Assembly (NCBI GenBank): GCA_964016885.1
Contig: OZ024746.1
Span: 78,988,001-79,052,000 of the forward strand
DNA: 64,000 nt
From: Eledone cirrhosa
Taxonomy: Eukaryota
Direction of reading: 5' to 3'
The notes below the pieces were generated by a model. It was not told where the DNA came from. It ran no database searches and saw nothing but the letters and a program-made list of their open reading frames with translations. Positions 54,627 to 64,000 of this stretch are shown piece by piece (the first letter of the stretch is position 1; each line of letters starts with the position of its first letter). The position numbers were made by a program, and so were the translations under genes.

Positions 54627-55128
54627 ATTTATTCAGTTGCAGCTGTTGTTGTTGTTGTTTCTTAGTCTCCGATTAGCTTTTATGAAAATGTCCCATGATC
54701 AAAGCGTTCCATTGTAGATGATCCTGTTTCTACTGAATTACATTATCCACTGAATTTGTTCTTTCTACAGTTAGACTGTAGATTATGATTTTAAAAGTTT
54801 CTAAATGTCAAAGTCGTTAGAGCATGTTTTTAAAAATAATATTTGCTCTGTTTTTCTGCACACTAGGTTCAAATCTTTATTTATTCAGTTGCAGTTGTTG
54901 TTGTTGTTGTTTCTCAGTCACCGATTAGCTTTTATGAAAATGTCCCATGATCAAAGCGTTCCATTGTAGATGATCCTGTTTCTACTGAATTACATTATCC
55001 ACCGAATTTGTTCTTTCTACAGTTAGACTGTAGATTATGATTTTAAAAGTTTCTAAATGTCAAAGTCGTTAGAGCATGTTTTTAAAAATAATATTTGCTC
55101 TGTTTTTCTGCACACTAGGTTCAAATCT
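54627..55128. repeat. 252-bp tandem duplication
   Basis: 54627-54876 is nearly identical to 54879-55128; both end at GGTTCAAATCT, the B box of an old SINE. Confidence 0.9.
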
Positions 55129-56262
55129 CGGCGATGTCAACTGTGTTTTTTTTATCTTTTTATGGTCGATAAAATAAAGTACTAATCCAGTGCAACGGAT
55201 TAATAGAATTGTCACTGCACCGGACAAAATTACTGGCGGTAACTCTTCTGGCTGTTTGCCTTCTAAGTTTAAATTTTACCTCCTATCACTGGCTTCCTTC
55301 TTCCATTATGGACACCCTTCAGAACCCGAATAATGGTGATAGATCTTCAATGATATACAGAATAATGCGTCAGAACTGTTAGATCGTCGGATAGAATGAC
55401 TTGCTGTATTCACTTCGGTTTTCTGCGTTCTGAGTTCAAATCTCGCTAATGTCAATTTTACCTTACATCCTTTTGTAGCCTAGAAAATAAAGCATCAGTC
55501 CAGGACGATGGATTGGTGGAGTTGCATCGGATGAGTTCTTTGCGTTGTGAGTTCAAATCCCACCTCTTTTCACCAACATTCTTGTGGCACGAATCGAAGT
55601 TTTCATGACTCAACAAACTGTGATCGGTTTTCAATGTCAACCGACTGAAGTCAACATCTCGGCCGTATCAATAACAAACATTTGTTTTCCTCCAGCACAA
55701 ATCGGGATAAAAACTAGGACAGGAAAAAGTGAGTGATTGCAGAGATATTTATCTGCAATTTCTAAATGATGACATTGTAGACTCCTTATTAATATTTTTG
55801 TAGTATAACGCATCTAAAACTAACACATTAAATGTGTCTTTTCCTTCTTATGGCGCAGGATTTGGCTATTATTTCTAGCAAGTCAATTATCCACGCAGAT
55901 GTTTCCTCAATGGCTTGTAAGTTGTCAATTCAGATGTTTTTTGCTGCTGTTGATCAGCCCCAGGTTAACCGAAACGCAAACACCAGTAGCTTCCCAGTCG
56001 TTACAACCCCGTATTTTAAAAGATATCTTGAACTACATTTACCAGAGTTTTTAATGCTTTTGATACAAAACCAATTCTGGTTTTACTATTCGAAGCTGTA
56101 TGTTTTTTATTGCATACATTGATAAAAAAACCTTCCATCATGATTTTATGGACAAACCTTGGTTAAGCCATGCTTAAACACCAGTTTATCTTTAGTTATA
56201 TTGATAAGTCCTTCCAATTTGAAAATTATAGTCAGTATCTTTCATTATTAGAAAGGTGGTAA

Positions 56263-56477
56263 GGGCGGTGGATTGGCAGTATCAGTAGAGGGTCGGACGC
56301 CATGCTTTGTAGCATAGAGTTACGGCCCGTTATGATCTGAGTTCAAATCCCACCGAGGTTAACTTTGCCTTTCATCCTTACGGGGTCGATAAAAGAAAGA
56401 ACCAGTCACGCACTGGGGTCAATTTAATCGACTTTCCCCTCCCCCAAAATTGCTGGCCTTGTGCCTATACGAGAAAC
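56263..56477 (+). mobile_element. Full-length SINE family A (long variant) with 20-bp TSD
   Basis: TSD CATTATTAGAAAGGTGGTAA at 56243-56262 and 56478-56497; has an extra internal segment GGTCAATTTAATCGACTTTCCCCTCCCCCAA absent from the other copies. Confidence 0.9.
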
Positions 56478-56965
56478 CATTATTAGAAAGGTGGTAACAA
56501 AAGGGTCAAGACGATACGAGATAATTTTAGGCAGGTTTAGCTGCTTTTTCTACCCGGTCGAACAACCTCTTAAAGATTCCTTCGTTGGTTATACGAGAAT
56601 TCAGTCGGTTGTGAGATAATATGCCAAGAGGATTCTGCAAGTCGTTGACCATTTTCCATTTCATTTACAGTTTTCGCATGTAAGATGGCGTGGCTCATTC
56701 TGTTCTGAGCTCACTAATCTTTTCACATTGATCGAACTGGCCACTTCAAACTACTCAGTAATGAGCACCCACGGAGAAACTTTGAGGATCGGCTGAATAT
56801 AGCAAAGCAGACGCAGGAACTTACACAGCCACAAAGGATTTTCTACTTCTGGAAATAACATTCTCCCAAACATGTACTCATCACAATTAATACCAAGAAA
56901 TCCTTCTATTCCTTAATTTACTTTCTCTCTCTCCCTTTCTCTCTCTCTATCTCTCTCTCTCTCGC

Positions 56966-57051
<86 letters not shown>

Positions 57052-57054
57052 CAC

Positions 57055-57227
57055 ATAACGAAGGAAGTGTGGTAAGGAAACAGGTGGACCATAACGCACC
57101 AGAGTACTTTATACTTTGGCTAGTAGAGTGGGTAATAGGAAAAGAGTCAAGACCCCGACGGCAGAGCTCAACCCGTTTCGACGGCTATTTCTGGACTCAG
57201 TCGGGGTCCTGACTCTGTTCCTATTAC
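57055..57227 (-). mobile_element. Foldback hammerhead-half element
   Basis: Family tail reversed; 57133-57158 is inverted against 57200-57226; microsatellite on both sides. Confidence 0.75.
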
Positions 57228-57269
57228 ATATACATACATACATACATACATACATAGATACATATATAC

Positions 57270-57364
<95 letters not shown>

Positions 57365-57605
57365 TATAAATCCATATACCTATTTATCTGTCTACCTACC
57401 AATCTGTATACCTATTTGTATACCTATTCATCTACCTATGTATCTACCTATCTTTTTACTCTCCTGCCTACCTTTCTATTCACATAAATTCCCCCCAATC
57501 TTTCACTTTGAATTTATTTATCGAACTACCTACCTTCCTACCTACCTATCAATTTACCTACCTATCTATCTATCTATCTATTTATCTATTTACATATCTA
57601 TCTAT

Positions 57606-57879
57606 TGGCCCGAGTGATTGGGCCTTCTCTGTTTATAAGCCTGTAGGTTGAGGAAGAGAGCAAAAGGAAGAAAGGAGCACTTGCACAACACGCTCCTGGG
57701 GTTGAGGGTTGTTCTCTCGACGGGGTATTAAACAACCCATTTGTGGCGCTTCCCCTCTATTGGGGATTTCGATTGTTATAATTGTTTGTTTATATTTTTT
57801 ACACGACTGTATGTATAATCCCTGGCATGTCTTTGTATTGTCCCCTTTTCTTGTGCGCCCTTGTGGCAAATAAAGAAAT
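57606..57879 (+). mobile_element. 3' fragment of the Tx1-like LINE, in (TATC)n
   Basis: ARVIGPSLFISL* then a homologous 3' UTR ending GTGGCAAATAAAGAAAT; TATC repeats on both sides. Confidence 0.9.
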
Positions 57880-57932
57880 ATATCTATCTATATCTATCTA
57901 TCTATCTATCTATCTATTACATATCTATCTAC

Positions 57933-60900
57933 CTGTGACCTGCATGGTCAACCTTGACAGAACTCATAGACAGGGCCCCGGTTACTGGAAGCTCAACTTG
58001 TCCTTGCCGGCAAGTAGAGCCTACAGGAATCGGATTAGTACGTTAGTTAAGGAACGGTTGACTGGAGCGATCGTCAACAGCAGGTGGTGGGTATCTCTAA
58101 AGAGAGAGATTAGAGTAGTCTCGATAGAATTTAGTAAGGTTCTAGCTGCGGATAGGAATAGGAAGGAAAGGGAGCTAATAGATAGAGTAGAAGAGGCAAT
58201 TAGAAGCGGCGACGTGGCCAGAGTGCTAGCGTCGAGAACGGCTTTGAGCCAGTTTTTCGACGCGAAGCACGAAGGCTGCGTTGTCCGAAGTAAAATACGT
58301 GCTCTAGGGAACGAGGGGACCAAAGCTGTTAGCTGGGCCCGCGTGACAGAGGCCAACAGTGGAACTAAATCCACCATCCGGTCTTTGCGAGACCTGGATG
58401 GACGGGCGATTCTTGAGCCTAAGCAGATGTGTGAGGCCTTTCAAAGGCACTTTGCCCGACTGTTCGGGAGGGGCGGGGAGCCGGTTGGGAACGTGGACTT
58501 CGGTCCATACCTCGACGGCCTGCCGCGCCTCTCGGACAGGGAGGCGAAGTCCTGCGAAGAGCCGATTTCGGCCGCTGAGATAGAGGACGTGCTGAGCCAA
58601 TGCGGCAAACGCAAATCCCCGGGTCTCGATGGTCTTCCTTACGAATTATATCTAGCTATGCCGGACTTGTTCCCCGATCTCCTCGAGGCGGTCTACTGCA
58701 ACTGGCAACAGAACGGGAGAATTCCCTGTACTGTGACCAAGGGCGTAGTCACGCTAGTGAGGAAGGACGAGAACAAGGGGGACGAAATAAGTAACTTCAG
58801 GCCCATAACACTGCTAAATACAGAGTTACAGATTTTGGCCAAGGTGCTAGCAAAGAGGTTGGCGCTTGTCGTGGGCAACCTGGTGGGAGATGCGCAGACA
58901 TGCGCTATCCCGTCCAGGTCCATCCATGACAACCTCCACCTCATGCGATACATCATAGAGAGGGTTGGGAACGAACCCGGCTTTGGTGGGGCTCTGATCA
59001 ACTTGGATCAATCTAAGGCGTTCGATAGGGTCGACCATGGTTACCTGGATGCGGTGCTAGCGGCGGCAGGCTTCGGACCCGTTTTCAGGGGCTGGATCAC
59101 TGCTATGCACAGCAGCCGCATCTGCTCTAGGGTCAAGGTGAACGGCTACCTCTCGGAGCCGTTCAAAATCGCGCGGTCCATCCGACAAGGGTGCCCTCTC
59201 TCCTCCCTTCTGTATGTGTTGACTCTCGAGCCACTACTGCGGAAGTTGGAGTTGTTGCAGGGCATCCCTTTGGAACCGGGATTGCGGAAAGCGGTGTCGG
59301 CCTACGCCGATGACGTGACAGTAATGGTGTCGACGGCCTCCGAAATCGAGGCGGTCGGCACCTTACTGGAGGAGTACGAAAAGTTCACAGGGGCTAAGCT
59401 GAACCGGGACAAGTCGATCGGTTTGCAACTCGGCACGTGGAGGGGCAGACCGATGCCCTCCGATAGCGTCGTCGGACGCTGGACGGAGGGCCCGGTGAAG
59501 TTGCTCGGGGTCTGGTTCGGACCGGACCTCCAGGTGGAGAAAAACTGGGCGGAGGTTACGAACAGGGTGTTTGCACTGACCCAGAAGTGGGCCAGTTGCA
59601 AACTATCCCTGAAAGGCCGGGCGGAGGTGGCGAACACCTACATAGCGTCCGTCATCTACTACCGCCTGACCGTAGTGCCCTGCCCAAGGGAAACCCTCAC
59701 CAAGATGGAGCGCGCGCTCTTCCAATTCCTTTGGAAGAGGCGGGCTCCTATGGTGAGGAGATCCATCTGCTGTCAACACCCTTCGAAAGGAGGGCTGGGG
59801 ATGCCGTGGCTAATGATGCGTAAACACGCATTAAGGCTACGGCACCTCTACGTATTCCTCACCGGACAACCGGTGTGGGCCTCGTTTGTGAGACGAACCT
59901 TTCCCAGACTCGTCTCACTCACCGAGCTGCAATCCTGGGTCAAGCAAAGACCGAGAAAACTGGGCGCCTGGCACACTGAGTGTGCCCAGGCGCTCACCGC
60001 CCTCTGGCAGGCGGATCCGGTTATCAGTGGAGACTCCACCGCAACATTCTATAGAGGGCTAGTACGCAGCAGGTGCGACGACGCCCTCGGAGAAGCCCTA
60101 GACATGGAGGAGGACGAACTGGCCAGCCTGTTCGGTAGGACATTCAGCCCGGGACCTATGGACAACTTCCAGAAGTCCCTGGCCTGGCAGTGCTACCGAG
60201 GGGCTTTACCCGTTCGAGAAAGGCTCTACAGACACGGGCGCCCGGGTAGGGACCCCGCCAAAAAGATCTGTCCCAGATGCGTGTGCGACGAGGAAACCGT
60301 TGCACACGCATTAGTACACTGCTCGGGCGTAGCCGATCTGTGGGGCTATGTCGAACAACTGCTGTCAAGGGTGGGACCGATCCGGTTGACCACCGAGTCT
60401 ATTGTAATGATCAAGCCGCCTCCCCCCTTCAAAGATGAAGCAGAGGCGGTGTTTCTGTGCGTAATAGCCATGGCGAAAGAGGTTGTATGGTGGACGCGTC
60501 TGAAAGGACTGAGGTCGGGCACCTTTCTCTCTGGCCAACAACTGGTCCGTTTCTTCCGATATCATTTCGGAAGAAGGATCAGGATGGAGAGAGAGGTGCT
60601 GCACCCCAGCCGTTTCTATGAAAGATGGGTGAAAGTGGCGAGAATGGCCCGTGTGAATGGGCCTTCACTCTACATCAGACTATAGGTGAGGAAGATGAAA
60701 GACCAAGGGAGCACCCCTTCTCTGTGCTCCTGAGGAGAAGGGTTGCACACTTTTTTCGGGGGTGTGTGCGACCCCCCAAGGCGCCTCCTCTCTATTGAGG
60801 ATTTTGTTAAAAATTTTATTTTTTGTTATATCTTATTTTATTTTTATATTTTGTTATTGCCTCCTCCTTATTGAGGACGCCTTTTTGTGTAAACTCCCCC

Positions 60901-60948
60901 CTTTGTACTTGTCCCACTTTTGATGCCCTAGTGGCAAATAAAAGAAAT
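57933..60948 (+). mobile_element. L1/Tx1-clade LINE, 5'-truncated at the end of the APE domain, in (TATC)n
   Basis: GC-rich 3 kb insert between TATC tracts; AATAAA at 60937; (TATC)n 60948-61031. Confidence 0.95.
57935..60685 (+). CDS. Tx1-type ORF2 (partial): post-APE linker, reverse transcriptase, C-terminal CCHC finger
   Basis: GPGYWKLN, KSPGLDGLPYE, NFRPITLLN, LDQSKAFDRVDH, IRQGCPLSS, AYADDVTV, KGGLG, CPRC-x7-H-x4-C. No stops over about 915 codons; the listed ORF start at 57782 is fortuitous read-in. Confidence 0.93.
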   Translation: MTCMVNLDRTHRQGPGYWKLNLSLPASRAYRNRISTLVKERLTGAIVNSRWWVSLKREIRVVSIEFSKVLAADRNRKERELIDRVEEAIRSGDVARVLASRTALSQFFDAKHEGCVVRSKIRALGNEGTKAVSWARVTEANSGTKSTIRSLRDLDGRAILEPKQMCEAFQRHFARLFGRGGEPVGNVDFGPYLDGLPRLSDREAKSCEEPISAAEIEDVLSQCGKRKSPGLDGLPYELYLAMPDLFPDLLEAVYCNWQQNGRIPCTVTKGVVTLVRKDENKGDEISNFRPITLLNTELQILAKVLAKRLALVVGNLVGDAQTCAIPSRSIHDNLHLMRYIIERVGNEPGFGGALINLDQSKAFDRVDHGYLDAVLAAAGFGPVFRGWITAMHSSRICSRVKVNGYLSEPFKIARSIRQGCPLSSLLYVLTLEPLLRKLELLQGIPLEPGLRKAVSAYADDVTVMVSTASEIEAVGTLLEEYEKFTGAKLNRDKSIGLQLGTWRGRPMPSDSVVGRWTEGPVKLLGVWFGPDLQVEKNWAEVTNRVFALTQKWASCKLSLKGRAEVANTYIASVIYYRLTVVPCPRETLTKMERALFQFLWKRRAPMVRRSICCQHPSKGGLGMPWLMMRKHALRLRHLYVFLTGQPVWASFVRRTFPRLVSLTELQSWVKQRPRKLGAWHTECAQALTALWQADPVISGDSTATFYRGLVRSRCDDALGEALDMEEDELASLFGRTFSPGPMDNFQKSLAWQCYRGALPVRERLYRHGRPGRDPAKKICPRCVCDEETVAHALVHCSGVADLWGYVEQLLSRVGPIRLTTESIVMIKPPPPFKDEAEAVFLCVIAMAKEVVWWTRLKGLRSGTFLSGQQLVRFFRYHFGRRIRMEREVLHPSRFYERWVKVARMARVNGPSLYIRL

Positions 60949-60949
60949 A

Positions 60950-61031
<82 letters not shown>

Positions 61032-61415
61032 CCTCAAATTCATTGCTCCTTTTTATGCTCCATACTTATTATCTATTATAGTTTTATGATTTACGTATAA
61101 TAGGGTTTCGTGCAGCGCCATTTTTATCAGTAGAATAGCAGAGACTTTATTGCATATTGTGGAAATGATGAAGCTTTCCCTCTGTCCAATTCTTTGAATA
61201 TGGTTGAGACCCCACACCATCACCAGATCCTCTCATTTCAATTGTCCCTGCTATAGTCAACGTTTCCTCAATTACATACATGCTTTACAATGTTTGTGTG
61301 TGTATGTATTCATGTATGCATGCATGCTTCCATCCATGTATATGTATATATATATATATATATATATACATACAAACACATATAAATATATTTGTGTGTG
61401 TGTGTGTATATATAT

Positions 61416-61472
<57 letters not shown>

Positions 61473-61568
61473 CATACAAACATATATAAATATATTTGTG
61501 TGTGTGTCTGTATATATATATATTTATATATATATATATATATATATATAAATATGTATGTATACATG

Positions 61569-61610
<42 letters not shown>

Positions 61611-62022
61611 ATTTATGAGTGCATGCATGCATCCATGTATGTATGTGTATATGTATGCATATATATATATATAATCGTATTGTGTCCTTTGAGTGCTACT
61701 ACAATAATCATATGTGTTTCAGTAACTGATTATTTGTATGTGTATGTGAGTGTGTATGTAATCATCGTTGTGGTCCTATGAATGTGTTTATGTTTCTATC
61801 GCCATATTAATGTATGTCTACCCAACAAAATGTATTTAAAACTTCAGAACTGGTGGGATAATTCGCTATATCTCTCCTCACTAACAAGTCCTTCTATCTC
61901 ACTCTCCCCCTCTCTCCCATCGTCTCCCTCTATCACTCACACCACACCACACCACCCACCCACCCACCCACCCACACTGATATATGACATATAAAGCATA
62001 TAAAAATTTATGAAGCTGTATG

Positions 62023-62056
<34 letters not shown>

Positions 62057-62113
62057 CGTAATATATATATATTTATATATATATACACATATATATATAC
62101 ATATATGCTTATG

Positions 62114-62242
<129 letters not shown>

Positions 62243-62305
62243 TGCATATATATATATTTATGTATATATATATATATATACACACACACACATATATATA
62301 TACAC

Positions 62306-62342
<37 letters not shown>

Positions 62343-62345
62343 TAT

Positions 62346-62400
<55 letters not shown>

Positions 62401-62403
62401 TTT

Positions 62404-62454
<51 letters not shown>

Positions 62455-62455
62455 G

Positions 62456-62554
<99 letters not shown>

Positions 62555-62557
62555 GTA

Positions 62558-62746
<189 letters not shown>

Positions 62747-62767
62747 ATATATATATATATACATATA

Positions 62768-62822
<55 letters not shown>

Positions 62823-63225
62823 TGCAACCTCTCTATGTCAGGGGAAATATGAATTATTCAACCTGTTTAGGTTCAATCAGAAATATTCTCAGAGACACAT
62901 AAACACACAAGGACACGCGACCCTATATATATATGTATATATATGTGTGTGTGCGTGTGCGTGTGTGTGTGTGTGTACATTTAGAAATAGACACATACAA
63001 GCACAGTTACACATCCACCGTTCTCCATGTACTCCATATGTATCAATGTATGTGTATGTATATCTATATGTTTATATGCGTGTTTGTGTATATGTAAGGT
63101 TGCATGGGCTTGCGTATTAGCATTTGTGTGTATGTATGAGAGATAGATAGCTAGATAGCTAGATAGCTAGATAGCTAGATAGCTAGATAGATAGATAGGG
63201 AGAGAGAGAGAGTGAGAGTGAGAGT

Positions 63226-63312
<87 letters not shown>

Positions 63313-64000
63313 GACAATATATGTTTGTGTGTCCGTTAAGATAAAACTGTTTATATATGTATGACAAAATCTAGATATGATTTTAGACATGTTTATAATG
63401 GCACAAAAGAAGGAACATGTAAATGAATCGTTTATGGCATTTAGTGTTAGGGGCATCGATAATTCTGGTATGGTGAGGTTTGAAGGAGGGTCGGTTGTTA
63501 TTTGAAACAGATCGAGTGGCTAATTATTAGTCTTCTCACTAGTTTTGAGTATGCAGAAACATATAAAGGCGCAATTTAAATGTTTATAAACATAGGCTTG
63601 TGGCAATAAACTTCACAAAATGTGAAAACATTTTTGTGTTGTTAAGAGAAAAAAAAAAATTTAATTTTCCAACATCTTCATAATTTTATTTTTTGACGCC
63701 ATTTTTTCTTATTTCTTAGTCTAAAAATACATTCTATTTTACGGAATTTATTCAATTAATGTCTGCTTTAGCGGACCAACACTAATTACTTGGGACATTA
63801 ATGTTCACTATTAGCTTACGATAAGTCAAGTTCACTATTAGCTCTCGATTTCCGCTTGAAGCTATCATCCATCACGTATCTCTCTAATGCCCTTAGGAAA
63901 TGCTTCAGTACAAGACTTCTCGTTTCTCCTCATCTTTAAGCTCAACAGAGCTAATAACTCATTGACAACAGCTCCTGACTACAAAAACCAAGCAATTAAC

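Noticed and set aside
57782-57934. N-terminal ~50 codons of the 967-aa ORF
   Set aside because: Derived from the upstream fragment's 3' UTR and (TATC)n; not part of ORF2.

Overview
Gene-poor, microsatellite-saturated eukaryotic DNA. The SINE, LINE and repeat content looks like a coleoid cephalopod, probably Octopus; this is inference from repeat content only. No host gene is supported, and nearly all ORFs in the track are artefacts of simple repeats. The real content is retroelement traffic: (1) a 5'-truncated but otherwise open L1/Tx1-clade LINE at 57933-60948 plus three 3' fragments, all in or tailed by (TATC)n; (2) two 5'-truncated R4/Dong-type RLE retrotransposons in tandem within (TACA)n; (3) three copies of a bipartite non-autonomous RTE-like element; (4) two tRNA-derived SINE families, some copies with 17-20 bp TSDs; (5) an 8.4 kb array of a 33-bp minisatellite and smaller tandem arrays. 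The most notable signal is a set of short non-coding elements, mostly in (TA)n, that carry type I hammerhead ribozymes. Seven folds are complete or near-complete and belong to about four sequence families; a fifth family is seen only as half-ribozymes. Their stem-loop III is usually self-complementary, and most of the elements are foldback/inverted structures. One is a 295-bp palindrome with a hammerhead on each strand. They are best read as Penelope-like (PLE) terminal-repeat or retrozyme derivatives.
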